A DNA stretch of 64,000 nt from an uncultured Eubacteriales bacterium (GCA_902787685.1 CADAHH010000003.1:113472-177471); one strand, 5' to 3'. Numbered from the stretch's first letter, positions 1 to 9,605 are shown. Notes: generated from the sequence alone by a model not told the origin. Translations and numbers: made by a program.

Positions 1-2232
1 ACAGTTGGACTACAAAGGTCATTAGCTTCTATTCAATCAGAATTACGTAGAAGACAAATTGCATTTAATAAAGCAAGAGATATGACTGATGAGGGAACTA
101 TAGATATATATAAGTATCAAAAACTATATCATGAGGGAATAGTAAAAAAACCAATTCCACATTTATTAATAATTTGTGATGAATTTGCTGAGTTAAAGCA
201 ACAGCAACCAGATTTTATGGATGAATTGATAAGTGTTTCAAGAATTGGACGTAGTTTAGGAGTTCATTTGATTTTAGCGACACAAAAACCTGCTGGAATT
301 GTAAATGATCAAATAAGAAGTAATAGTAGATTTGCAGTATGCTTAAAAGTGCAAACTAAACAAGATAGTAATGATGTAATAAATAAGCCAGATGCAGCTC
401 AATTAAAGGGAGAAGGGCAGTTTTACATAGAGGTTGGTAATGATGAATACTTTAATTTAGGACAGGCAGCATGGTCTGGAGCACAATACTTACCTTCAAA
501 TGTTATTAAAAAGAAAGTAGATAATTCAATAGAATTCATTTCTAATATTGGAGCTACAATTAAAAGTATTGATGATACATTACAAAGAAAATCTAATGCA
601 GAAGGAGAACAATTAACGCGAATAGTACAATACTTAAATGATATAGCAAATAAAGAAAAAATTAAATTACCACAATTATGGTTAGATAGTATTCCAGAAG
701 ATATTTATTTTGATGATATCAAGAAAAAATATAAAATTGAACATGAAGAAACAAGAATTATGCCATTAATTGGAGAATATGATGATCCATACAATCAAAG
801 ACAAGATGCGGCTATAATAGATTTTGATAAGGTTGGAAATGTGGTAATATTTGGAAATGCAGAAAGTGGCAAAGAATCTCTATTAAGCACAATATGCTAT
901 GATTTTATAAGAAACTATACAACTAAGGAGGTTTGGACATATATTTTAGATTTTGGTAGCGAGGCATTAAAAATATTTAAAGAGGCACCACATGTTGGAG
1001 ATACTATTTTTATAGGTGAAGAAGAGAAAATAAAAAGATTTTTTGAATATATTACTCAAGAAATAAAAAATAGAAAGAAAATATTATCAGATTATAATGG
1101 TGATTATAAATTGTACGTTAAAGAGACTGGACAAATACTTCCAACAATAATAGTAATTATTAATAATTATGGAGCTTTTGCAGATACATATCAAATGACA
1201 GAATATGATGATATAATATTATCAATTACAAGAGAGGGATTAAGTTGTGGTATCAAATTTGTTTTTACTGTTAATTCATTTAATAATATAAGATATAGAT
1301 TGATACAGAATTTTAAATATAGAATAGCTTTAAACTTAAATAGTGATGATGAGTATTATAATGTATTTGATAAGATTGGCAAAAAAAGACCATCTCACAA
1401 TTTTGGTAGAGGAATTTTAAAAGTTGATGATGAATTATATGAATTTCAAACAGCAAAAATATGTGAAGCATCTGAATATAATAATTTAATAAAAACAGCT
1501 ATAGATGAAGCTAAAAGAAACAATAAAATAGTTGCTAAACCAGTGCGAATATTACCTGAAAAAGTTACTTTTGATGATTTGAAAAAAGATTTGAATTCAA
1601 TTGCTTCTATACCAATTGGAATTACAGATAAAGACTTAAGAGTTTTAAATTATAATTTTTCTAAAAATATAATTAATTTAATTACATCTAAAAATTTTGA
1701 TGAAGTAATTGAATTTGCTGGATATATTATTGATGAAATTAGACAGCTTGATGAAGTTAATGTGATAGTTTTTGATGCTGAAAAAATATGGGCAAATGAT
1801 AACGCAAATGTCAGAAATGAATATGAAATCTTTACTTTTGAACTAGAAAAAAATTTAAAGAAAGACATCCATAATATTTGTATAATTATAGGATTAGATA
1901 AATTTTTAAATGCAATAGGAGAATTAGCAACATTTTTTATTAACCAAATAAAAAAAGCAGAAGAAAAAGGAAATTATAGTTTTATAATAGTTGATAGTGC
2001 ATCAAAGATTAAACTTCATGAATATGATCCTTGGTATAAATCATTTATAGGTAAAGAAGATGGAATATGGGTTGGTAATGGATTTAATGATCAATATTTA
2101 ATAAATATATCTACAAATAGAAGAGATATTGTAAATAATTGTGGTTGCAGTATGGGATATGCAGTTAAAGGTGGTACTCCAATATTTGTTAAGCTTCTTG
2201 AGATGAAGGATAAAGGTGATGATTATGAGTGA
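1..2232 (+). CDS. essC: Type VIIb secretion FtsK/SpoIIIE-family ATPase EssC, C-terminal part (5' end lies outside the window)
   Basis: Frame 1 is open from base 1. The translation has FtsK/SpoIIIE-type motifs (ICDEFAELK, LILATQKPAGIV, FGNAESGKESLL). It is followed by YukD-like and DUF4176 genes, as in firmicute T7SSb loci. Confidence 0.85.
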   Translation, partial: TVGLQRSLASIQSELRRRQIAFNKARDMTDEGTIDIYKYQKLYHEGIVKKPIPHLLIICDEFAELKQQQPDFMDELISVSRIGRSLGVHLILATQKPAGIVNDQIRSNSRFAVCLKVQTKQDSNDVINKPDAAQLKGEGQFYIEVGNDEYFNLGQAAWSGAQYLPSNVIKKKVDNSIEFISNIGATIKSIDDTLQRKSNAEGEQLTRIVQYLNDIANKEKIKLPQLWLDSIPEDIYFDDIKKKYKIEHEETRIMPLIGEYDDPYNQRQDAAIIDFDKVGNVVIFGNAESGKESLLSTICYDFIRNYTTKEVWTYILDFGSEALKIFKEAPHVGDTIFIGEEEKIKRFFEYITQEIKNRKKILSDYNGDYKLYVKETGQILPTIIVIINNYGAFADTYQMTEYDDIILSITREGLSCGIKFVFTVNSFNNIRYRLIQNFKYRIALNLNSDDEYYNVFDKIGKKRPSHNFGRGILKVDDELYEFQTAKICEASEYNNLIKTAIDEAKRNNKIVAKPVRILPEKVTFDDLKKDLNSIASIPIGITDKDLRVLNYNFSKNIINLITSKNFDEVIEFAGYIIDEIRQLDEVNVIVFDAEKIWANDNANVRNEYEIFTFELEKNLKKDIHNICIIIGLDKFLNAIGELATFFINQIKKAEEKGNYSFIIVDSASKIKLHEYDPWYKSFIGKEDGIWVGNGFNDQYLINISTNRRDIVNNCGCSMGYAVKGGTPIFVKLLEMKDKGDDYE

Positions 2233-2479
2233 TAAAATAGAAATAAAGCTGTATGTACCTACAATAGATGCTAAATATGATGTGCTAATTCCCAAAAATA
2301 AAAGAATTTATGTAGTTATTGATTTATTAGTAAGAGCAATTAATGAATTTAGTGGAGGATATTATAAACCAAAAGATTTGCCGAATTTATATGACAAAAA
2401 TTCTGCAAAACAAATTGATTACAATTTAAAAGTTATGGAATCAACCATCAAAAATGGTACTGAATTGATATTATTATAA
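2216..2479 (+). CDS. esaB: Small YukD/EsaB-like (ubiquitin-fold) T7SS accessory protein
   Basis: 87-aa ORF overlapping the essC stop by 17 nt. Size and position directly after essC fit EsaB/YukD. The assignment rests mainly on context. Confidence 0.55.
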   Translation: MMIMSDKIEIKLYVPTIDAKYDVLIPKNKRIYVVIDLLVRAINEFSGGYYKPKDLPNLYDKNSAKQIDYNLKVMESTIKNGTELILL

Positions 2480-2589
2480 AGTTAATAATTTTCAAAATTT
2501 AACAGAAGATATATTGACATTTTTTAAATATACTGTTAAAGTTTTAATAGATTTAAGAATTAATAAATAGATTTGAGGGTGAAAAGTAA

Positions 2590-2898
2590 ATGAGTGATTG
2601 TAAAAACAAATATCTTCCTATAGGAACAGTTGTATTATTAAAACATGCTATTAAAAGAGTTATGATTATAGGTTTTAAAACTAAGCCAAATCAAGATAAT
2701 AATAGTGAATCTAATGAAGATGAATTTGATTATGTAGGATGTATTTATCCAGAAGGAATGGTAAAGAATATTCCGACAATGCTTTTTAATCATGAACAAA
2801 TATCTAAAATATATCACCTAGGGCTAGAAGATGATGAAGAAGAAAAAGAATTTAAAGATATGCTTATGAAACAGAATAATTACAATAATAATAATTAA
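2590..2898 (+). CDS. DUF4176-like protein (T7SS-associated)
   Basis: 102 aa. 'YLPIGTVVLLK..RVMIIGF' and 'DYVGCIYPEG' resemble DUF4176 proteins found in T7SSb loci. An SD-like 'gagggtgaaaag' lies upstream. Confidence 0.6.
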   Translation: MSDCKNKYLPIGTVVLLKHAIKRVMIIGFKTKPNQDNNSESNEDEFDYVGCIYPEGMVKNIPTMLFNHEQISKIYHLGLEDDEEEKEFKDMLMKQNNYNNNN

Positions 2899-2947
2899 TA
2901 TTTTTCAATTTAGTTTCTAATTTTGAAGGAAAGGAAAATTTAACAAA

Positions 2948-3439
2948 GTGGATATAGACATTTTTTATGAGCAACTAAATATATATAATGCTAGGATAGA
3001 AAGACTTAATGAAGAAATAACTCAATTAGAAGGAAATCTTTCAACCTGTGAAACTAGGAAACAAACACTTGTAGATTATAAAAAGAAACTAGAAGATTTA
3101 AGTAGCAAATTAGATAGTATAAATGCAAATATTTCTTCAGGACAAAGCTTAACACAAACTAGTTTAAGTATGTATTCTTTACTTGGAAAAACACATATCT
3201 TAGAAGAATTATATAATAATTTCAAATCAGCATCTTCAGATTTGCAAGATGCATTAAATACTATTTGTATTATTAAGGCTGCAATTACTAAAAAAACTGA
3301 AGATTTTAATCGCGAAATTTCAGAATTAGTTAGAGCCATTACTAATTTGAAGGAACAAATTGCTGCAAAAAAAACTGAGTTAAGTCAAGCGATTGTTCAT
3401 AGAAATAATGTACTAAATACTATTGATAGCTTAGAATAG
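2948..3439 (+). CDS. All-helical coiled-coil protein, possible T7SS substrate chaperone or targeting partner
   Basis: 163-aa ORF with a GTG start after 'gaaggaaaggaaa'. Heptad-like, Leu/Glu/Lys-rich sequence with no TM segment or signal peptide. It ends 6 nt before the next gene, separated only by its SD-like 'ggagaag'. Confidence 0.5.
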   Translation: MDIDIFYEQLNIYNARIERLNEEITQLEGNLSTCETRKQTLVDYKKKLEDLSSKLDSINANISSGQSLTQTSLSMYSLLGKTHILEELYNNFKSASSDLQDALNTICIIKAAITKKTEDFNREISELVRAITNLKEQIAAKKTELSQAIVHRNNVLNTIDSLE

Positions 3440-3447
3440 GAGAAGAT

Positions 3448-4533
3448 ATGAGTAACATAGATATAAATACAGCATATAAAGAAGCGGTAAATGAACCAAT
3501 AGAAGAAGCAATATCTTATTTAGGAGTGGCAAATAAGAATACATATGGTGTAACAATTCCAGTTTTTGATGGGAATGATAGCTTAGGTATCTCAACTAGT
3601 AGTATTCAAGAAATAGGCTCAAATATTAAGAAGGCTATAAACATATTAGATAGTATGAGGGGTGAATTAAGCGCGTATTTAGATGGCTTTGATAATGCAG
3701 AAGTGTCTATAGAAGAATGCTTGAAAGAAACAACAGGATCGAATTATTCATTAATAGAGCTTACATTATTTGAGTTACATAATGCTAGAAACCAACCAAA
3801 AGATACCTCAGCTGAAATAGTATATGATCCATCATATCCGGATTATTATAATTATGTATTTAATAAATTAGACAAAAAGTTAAGAAAAGATGCAGAAAAA
3901 ATATTAAAAACTAATTCAAATGGCAAAAGGATTGATCCAGACAATTTTGTAAAATATTATCAAACAATTTTTCCTTATTGTGGAATAACATATGGAAAAG
4001 AAGATATAACAGTATCAGAAAATGCATGTGGATTAACTTGCGGAGCAATGGTTCTTTCGAATTTATTTAAAAAGGTTATTACTCCAAATGACATACGTAA
4101 TTCAGTTGGAGAAAAATATATTTTTAAAAGTAAATTACCACAAAAAAAAGGATGGGGAACTGATATTGCTTTATTAACAGATAAAAAACTATATGAAGAC
4201 TTAGAAATTGATCAGAAAGCAATAAGTGTAGAAGGGATTTATACAGAGCCAGAAAATTTAGCAAATATATTAAAAGATGGAAATTCTGTAATAGTATTAG
4301 GAATAGATGGAAAACGAGAAGACAAAAGAGTAGAAGAAGGAAAAGAAAGGCTATTTACAAGTATAGGTCATTATGTTTTAATAACTGGAATTGATGAAAA
4401 TGGAAATTTTATTGTAGTAGATCCAAATGGATTTAATTCATTTGGAAAAAGCTATGATGAAAGACATTTTACGCCAGAAGAGATTGGAAGTATAGCTGCT
4501 GGATATACTGTTTGTACATATAAAGATAAGTGA
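3448..4533 (+). CDS. Putative T7SS cargo with a C-terminal papain-like (C39-like) cysteine peptidase domain
   Basis: 361 aa with no signal peptide and a helical N-terminal half. The C-terminal half has a Cys..His..Asp pattern (ENACGLTCGAMVL ... IGHYVLITGIDENGNFIVVDPNG) typical of C39-like peptidases. RBS 'taggagaagat'. Confidence 0.6.
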   Translation: MSNIDINTAYKEAVNEPIEEAISYLGVANKNTYGVTIPVFDGNDSLGISTSSIQEIGSNIKKAINILDSMRGELSAYLDGFDNAEVSIEECLKETTGSNYSLIELTLFELHNARNQPKDTSAEIVYDPSYPDYYNYVFNKLDKKLRKDAEKILKTNSNGKRIDPDNFVKYYQTIFPYCGITYGKEDITVSENACGLTCGAMVLSNLFKKVITPNDIRNSVGEKYIFKSKLPQKKGWGTDIALLTDKKLYEDLEIDQKAISVEGIYTEPENLANILKDGNSVIVLGIDGKREDKRVEEGKERLFTSIGHYVLITGIDENGNFIVVDPNGFNSFGKSYDERHFTPEEIGSIAAGYTVCTYKDK

Positions 4534-4590
4534 TGAGCTTACATCAAGAATTAAACAGTATAAAGAAATCGGTTAAATATTTAATGAAAA

Positions 4591-4640
4591 AATAGTGAAT
4601 AGTACATATGTGTCTTTTACACATTATATTATTCACTATT
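4591..4640 (+). terminator. Rho-independent terminator after the T7SS cargo gene
   Basis: Perfect 11-bp stem aatagtgaata / tattcactatt, followed by aattttt. Confidence 0.6.
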
Positions 4641-5016
4641 AATTTTTCGTTATTAAATATTAATTGCGAGACATAAGTGCCTCGCACATTTTATATGGTG
4701 AACCGAAACTTAACAAATACGAAATTTTATTTTTTAGTTGGTGGATTTGCTGTATCCTATGATATTCCTGTACTTTTAGCAAGTTAAGATCATATTTAAA
4801 ACTCTATCATTATTAAGACTATTTTCATTATTTTGGTATATTGTACAATATTTTAGATATAGTTGTCAATGAAAAATAATAAAAGAGTATTAGAAATATT
4901 ACAAAAATATTACAATAATGTTACAGAAATATTAAGTTTTTGGCGTTTTGGCGTTTTTGCTTGATTTCATTTATAAAATGGTATATTATATTGTTACGTA
5001 AATAACGAGGTGAAAT

Positions 5017-5166
5017 ATGAAAGATATCCGAATAAGTATTAGATTAAGTGAAGAAGAACATACTCAATTAAAAATAATTGCTGCAAAGAAAAAACAAAGT
5101 ATGCAAAATATTATTTTAGAATATATTCGAAAAGAGATAAAGAAGGAGAATAAAAGGAATGGGTAA
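5017..5166 (+). CDS. Small ribbon-helix-helix (CopG/Arc-like) protein, candidate controller of the R-M unit
   Basis: 49-aa ORF not in the supplied track: MKDIRISIRLSEEEHTQLKIIAAKKKQSMQNIILEYIRKEIKKENKRNG. It shows the beta-strand plus two-helix RHH pattern. RBS 'acgaggtgaaat'. It overlaps the methyltransferase start by 8 nt. Confidence 0.6.
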   Translation: MKDIRISIRLSEEEHTQLKIIAAKKKQSMQNIILEYIRKEIKKENKRNG

Positions 5167-6313
5167 AATAAAAGCTATGTCTTTATTTGCAAATGTTGGA
5201 ATAGCTGAAACATATCTTAATGAGATAGGGATTGATGTTGTAATAGCAAATGAATTAGAGCATCAAAGAGTTAAGTTTTATAAACATTTATACCCTCATA
5301 CCAATATTGTAGAAGGTGATATTACTAATAGTACAATACAAGACAAGTTAGTAGAGTTAGCTAAAAAAGAAAAAGTAGACTTGATTATGGCAACACCTCC
5401 TTGTCAAGGTATGAGTACAGCAGGTAAAAAAGATAAGAATGATATAAGAAATTTATTAATAAGGGATGCCGTAAAAATAATAAAAAAGGTAAAACCAAAG
5501 TATGTATTTTTTGAAAATGTTCCTGAACAATTAAATACATATATAAAGTATAATGATTCAGAAATTTTAATACCAGATTATTTAAAACAAGAATTTGCAG
5601 AAGAATATTTCTTTAATAAAAATTTTATTGTAAATGCTGCTGATTATGGAGTTCCACAATTAAGAGAAAGGGCAATAATATTATTATCACGAAAAGATAC
5701 TAAAAGAAGATGGGACTTTCCACAGAAAAGTGAAGAAATAATTACTATGAAAAAAGCAATCGGAGAATTGCCATCGTTAGATCCAGAGATATATGACATT
5801 TCTTATGATGAACAGTTAAAAGTATTCCCTGAATTTGAGAAAAAGAAGGCTGAAGGATTAAAAGTTTCAAAATGGCATTATCCACCTAAACATGTTTATA
5901 GACAAATATATAGTTTAATGCATACACCTACTGGAGAAACTGCTTTTAATAATATTGATTTGTTTAAACCTAAGAAAAAAGATGGAACATATACAAAAGG
6001 ATTTAAAAATACCTACAAACGACAAGAATGGGATAAACCAGCATTTACTGTAACTATGTTTAATAGAACTATAGGATCACAGAATAATGTACATCCTGGA
6101 CGATATATAGGCAAAGACTCAGATGGTTACGATCTATATTCAGATGCAAGGGTTCTTACAGTTTATGAACTAATGTTAGTAACTTCATTGCCTAAAAACT
6201 GGGATATTCCTAATTGGGCATCAGAGCATTTTGTTAGACAAGTTATAGGAGAAGGAATACCACCATTATTAGTTAAAAAAATTATGCAGGAGTTGATAAA
6301 CATAAATGAATAA
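5159..6313 (+). CDS. DNA (cytosine-5) methyltransferase, paralog 1
   Basis: Motif IV PPCQGMS, motif VI FFENVP, motif VIII PQLRERAIIL, motif IX-like ARVLTVYELMLVTSLP, motif X-like GEGIPP. Motif I is atypical (LFANVGIAE). Confidence 0.85.
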   Translation: MGKIKAMSLFANVGIAETYLNEIGIDVVIANELEHQRVKFYKHLYPHTNIVEGDITNSTIQDKLVELAKKEKVDLIMATPPCQGMSTAGKKDKNDIRNLLIRDAVKIIKKVKPKYVFFENVPEQLNTYIKYNDSEILIPDYLKQEFAEEYFFNKNFIVNAADYGVPQLRERAIILLSRKDTKRRWDFPQKSEEIITMKKAIGELPSLDPEIYDISYDEQLKVFPEFEKKKAEGLKVSKWHYPPKHVYRQIYSLMHTPTGETAFNNIDLFKPKKKDGTYTKGFKNTYKRQEWDKPAFTVTMFNRTIGSQNNVHPGRYIGKDSDGYDLYSDARVLTVYELMLVTSLPKNWDIPNWASEHFVRQVIGEGIPPLLVKKIMQELININE

Positions 6314-7451
6314 ATTAAAAGGACTATCTCTGTTTTCTAATGTTGGAATCGCAGAAACATACTTAAAAGAAGCTGGAATAGATATTTTAATCGCAAATGA
6401 AATAGATGAAACTAGAGCCAAATTTTATAAGCATTTATATCCAGAGTGTGATGTAATTAACGGAGATATTACAAAAAAAGATATTCAAGAGTTAATTATA
6501 AAGAAATCTAAAGAATTGGGAATTGACTTTATTATAGCAACACCTCCATGTCAAGGAATGAGCTTGGCTGGAAAAATGGATCCAAGTGATAAGAGAAATC
6601 AGTTAATATATTATGCAATTGAAATAATAAAGAAGATTAAACCTAAATATGTGTTGCTTGAAAATGTTCCTCAAGCATTGAAAACTAAAATCAATATAGA
6701 TGGTAAAGAAGTATTAATACCAGAATATATTCATAGTGAATTAGAAGGCTACTATAATTTTGCAAGACAAAGTATTGTTAGTGCTATGAATTATGATGTA
6801 CCACAGATGAGAAAAAGAAATATTTTTTTGATTTCTAGAAAAGATATGAAGTATATATGGCAAATACCATCTGAAAAGAAAATAATAACTTTAAGAGAAG
6901 CATTATATGAACTACCTTCAGTGGATCCTTACTTGAAAGAAGGATTAGAAGAAACGTTAAAAATATTCCCAGACTTTGAGAAAAAAAAAGAAGAAGGATT
7001 AAAAGTTTCAAAGTGGCATTATCCACCTACTCATTCAAAGAAACATGTAATAGCAATGATGCATACACCTACTGGAGAGACAGCCTTTAATAATAAATTC
7101 TATTATCCTAAAAAAGATAATGGAGAAAAAGTAAATGGACATTATAATACATATAGAAGATTTGAATGGGATAAGCCAGCAAGAACAATAACTCAAAATA
7201 ACGGTGTAATATCATCTCTTTGTTGTGTACACCCTGGAAAATATATAGGAGAAGATAATAATGGAGACAAAATCTATTCAGATGCAAGGGTATTGACAAT
7301 ATATGAATTATTGATTGTATTTTCTTTACCAACAAACTGGAATATTCCTGATTGGGCTAATGATAACTTGATTAGAAGAGTTATAGGAGAAGGAATACCA
7401 CCTAAATTAGTTCAAAATTTAGTTAGAGAATTAATAAAAAATATAAGTTGA
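6306..7451 (+). CDS. DNA (cytosine-5) methyltransferase, paralog 2
   Basis: Same motif set (PPCQGMS, LLENVP, PQMRKRNIFL, GEGIPP). It aligns with the upstream paralog along the whole length, including the variable region (KVSKWHYPP..MHTPTGETAFNN). It overlaps the upstream gene by 8 nt. Confidence 0.85.
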   Translation: MNKLKGLSLFSNVGIAETYLKEAGIDILIANEIDETRAKFYKHLYPECDVINGDITKKDIQELIIKKSKELGIDFIIATPPCQGMSLAGKMDPSDKRNQLIYYAIEIIKKIKPKYVLLENVPQALKTKINIDGKEVLIPEYIHSELEGYYNFARQSIVSAMNYDVPQMRKRNIFLISRKDMKYIWQIPSEKKIITLREALYELPSVDPYLKEGLEETLKIFPDFEKKKEEGLKVSKWHYPPTHSKKHVIAMMHTPTGETAFNNKFYYPKKDNGEKVNGHYNTYRRFEWDKPARTITQNNGVISSLCCVHPGKYIGEDNNGDKIYSDARVLTIYELLIVFSLPTNWNIPDWANDNLIRRVIGEGIPPKLVQNLVRELIKNIS

Positions 7452-7469
7452 GATAATCCCAACTTATAT
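7441..7469. terminator. Bidirectional terminator between the convergent methyltransferase and endonuclease genes
   Basis: Perfect 10-bp stem atataagttg / caacttatat with a 9-nt loop, followed by a T-run. Confidence 0.6.
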
Positions 7470-7472
7470 TTT

Positions 7473-8702
7473 TTATTGATAATATTTTGAAAATAATTCT
7501 CCAAAAGAAATATTTAATCCGGATCTTTTTAGCTTCTCTTCTCTTTGATCAAATAGTTTTTTTAGTAATTCTAATCTTGTACCCATATCACCTAAATGAA
7601 TTGCGGAATGGCAAATCGGACAAATTGATACAATGTTTTCTATTCTATCTATATTAATTGAAAAATCTTTTTGATATGCCATAGGTATTAAGTGATGAGC
7701 TTCCATATAAGGTTTACCAAGTTTAGATATAAAAGTAGTATGTTCTGGATTTATTTCACATTTATAATCTGCTAAATGTAATGCTGTTTTTGCAATACGT
7801 GCATTGGTTTTATATCTGATAGTATTTCCTCTTTTAAAAGGTTCAGGTGTTCTATTATTTTGATTATAAAATTTCAAACTACTTATATCATAAGTAAATG
7901 CTGTAATAACTTTATCTTGTATCACATCACCATCAATATCAGTTTCATTTTCTGTTTCATCTTCATTTAATGTTAAAATTACATCTGGTTTTCTATTATA
8001 AATAAATAATTTTTTTATTTTGTCAGAGTAATTAGATGAAACATACTCTGAAATCTTATACATTCTGTCTATTTCATCAACAATTCCTAAACTATTTAAA
8101 AGAACTGTAAATTTAACGTCTCCGTATTTGTTTGCAACTTCAATTGGAATTTCTCTATCAAAATCATTAGTCTTATTTAATTCAGAAATAGCATCATTAT
8201 ATTCTATTTGTAGATCATGTGTGACATATAACAAATAAGCTAATCCTTTACGACTAATGGCATTTAAGTCATACATAGATTTTAAAAATAATTTAGGAGC
8301 ATCTACATCTGAATCACTTGATTTTATAGCAGTATTGTTTCTACCAAAAGAATTATTAAATATAGAATTCATAATAATATCAATTTGTGTTTTTGTATCA
8401 TTTTGAAGATAAGCATTATAAAATCTAATACCAGTATCAGTAATTTTTGCTCTTCCTGTAGCAGTAGAATAGTCATAGTAAACTAACCCAAAATATCTTG
8501 TTAATTCAGACTGCTTTACTAAATAAGGACCATCTTGTGCTCCTCTACTTAAATATGGTAATAATTCTTGAATTCTTGTTTTAAAATCTGCATTGCTATA
8601 CCATTCTTCCCCACGTTTATATGATTCATAATATAACTGCAATGAAGCATAGAATGCATCTTTTTGCCCTGTTTGCTTAGGCATGATCAATGTACCTGAC
8701 AT
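7473..8702 (-). CDS. HNH-family restriction endonuclease (C-terminal HNH nuclease, large N-terminal putative recognition domain)
   Basis: The C-terminus has EAHHLIPM...NIVSICPICHSAIH (HNH/beta-beta-alpha-Me with Cys pairs). It is convergent with two m5C methyltransferase genes. The start is placed at the MSGTLIMPKQ ATG, 7 nt after GGAGG; the track ORF extends to 8723. Confidence 0.7.
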   Translation of the reverse strand: MSGTLIMPKQTGQKDAFYASLQLYYESYKRGEEWYSNADFKTRIQELLPYLSRGAQDGPYLVKQSELTRYFGLVYYDYSTATGRAKITDTGIRFYNAYLQNDTKTQIDIIMNSIFNNSFGRNNTAIKSSDSDVDAPKLFLKSMYDLNAISRKGLAYLLYVTHDLQIEYNDAISELNKTNDFDREIPIEVANKYGDVKFTVLLNSLGIVDEIDRMYKISEYVSSNYSDKIKKLFIYNRKPDVILTLNEDETENETDIDGDVIQDKVITAFTYDISSLKFYNQNNRTPEPFKRGNTIRYKTNARIAKTALHLADYKCEINPEHTTFISKLGKPYMEAHHLIPMAYQKDFSINIDRIENIVSICPICHSAIHLGDMGTRLELLKKLFDQREEKLKRSGLNISFGELFSKYYQ

Positions 8703-8833
8703 ATTTAGACCTCCCATAAGCATAATAGCATATTTCTAAAATAAAATCAATAACATAAAATTGTTACAATTTAAATATATAAATAAAAATAAGTAAAATA
8801 TTATAAATAAAATAAAAAAAGAGGGCTACAAGT

Positions 8834-9375
8834 ATGCTTAAAATTGTTGAAATCAAACAAACAATTTATGATAGTGATATGATACAAAATTTACATACAA
8901 TAGCAAAACAGGTATATGAGAAATGTCAGCAGGAAAACAATAGTACTCTACTTATTAAGGAATATGAACAGCAAATAAAAACTATTGAAAAGAGTATTGA
9001 CAATTTACTTGTAGCAATAGAAAGAGGAGAAAATCTTGATTTGATAAATAATAAAATTACTAAAAATAGAGAGTTGTTAGAAGCAAAACAAATATTACTA
9101 GTTAAAGAGAAAAACAAGATAATGACTCTTGATGAAGATCAAATCAAATTTTTCTTAACTCAATTAAAAACAGAAGATGTTAACGATGCAGATTACAGAA
9201 ATAGATTAGTAAACATATTTGTAAATGAAATACATTTAGCTGAAACAGAAGTAACTGTTATATTTAATGTTTCAAAACAAAAAATATCCTTATCAGTCCC
9301 AATCACTGATAAGGATAAACACTTTATAAGTGCTGAAACATCTCATACTACTACGGGTTCGCATAAGTACTTACA
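8834..9375 (+). pseudogene. Remnant of the C-terminal coiled-coil region of a large serine recombinase
   Basis: The translation (EYEQQIKTIEKSIDNLLVAIERGENLDLINNKI...NRLVNIFVNEIHL..TEVTVIFNV) resembles the C-terminal part of large serine recombinases. There is no catalytic N-terminal domain. The ORF reads through into the antisense of a tRNA gene. Confidence 0.5.
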
Positions 9376-9452
<77 letters not shown>

Positions 9453-9605
9453 ATATCAAATCAACATAGACTATAATAACATATATTTAGCTCAAAGTCA
9501 AGTAGCACAATGGAAATTTTTGTGAATATTTTGTGAAATATATTTACAATGCAATTATAAAATGATAATATAGGCTTAAATTAAAAAGGTTAGGAGGAGT
9601 GACTT

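Noticed and set aside
4533-4595. 20-aa ORF (MSLHQELNSIKKSVKYLMKK) overlapping the stop of the T7SS cargo gene, as a candidate immunity peptide. Also a 31-aa ORF at 4870-4965.
   Set aside because: Both are very short, lack a convincing RBS or hydrophobic segment, and lie in AT-rich non-coding DNA where such ORFs arise by chance.
4696-4709. tggtgaaccgaaac as a possible degenerate direct repeat of the tRNA-Arg(TCT) 3' end (tggtgagccagaag), that is, a distal att site of the R-M island.
   Set aside because: Only about 10 of 14 positions match, with no extension. This is too weak to call without comparative data.
4933-4949. Short tandem repeats (ggcgtttt x2 here; gcgttgtgttttct x2-3 at 46168-46201) considered as a mini CRISPR or iteron array.
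   Set aside because: There are only 2-3 short units without spacers of regular length and no cas genes. This is not a CRISPR array. It is retained only as a possible operator in the R-M finding.
9493-9524. Direct repeats ttgtgaatattttgtgaaatat upstream of the ABC operon (as a Rex-type operator), and GAAC-containing boxes upstream of xth (as a LexA box).
   Set aside because: Rex sites are inverted (TTGTGAA-N4-TTCACAA), whereas here the halves are direct. The xth box lacks the GAAC-N4-GTTC symmetry of firmicute LexA operators.
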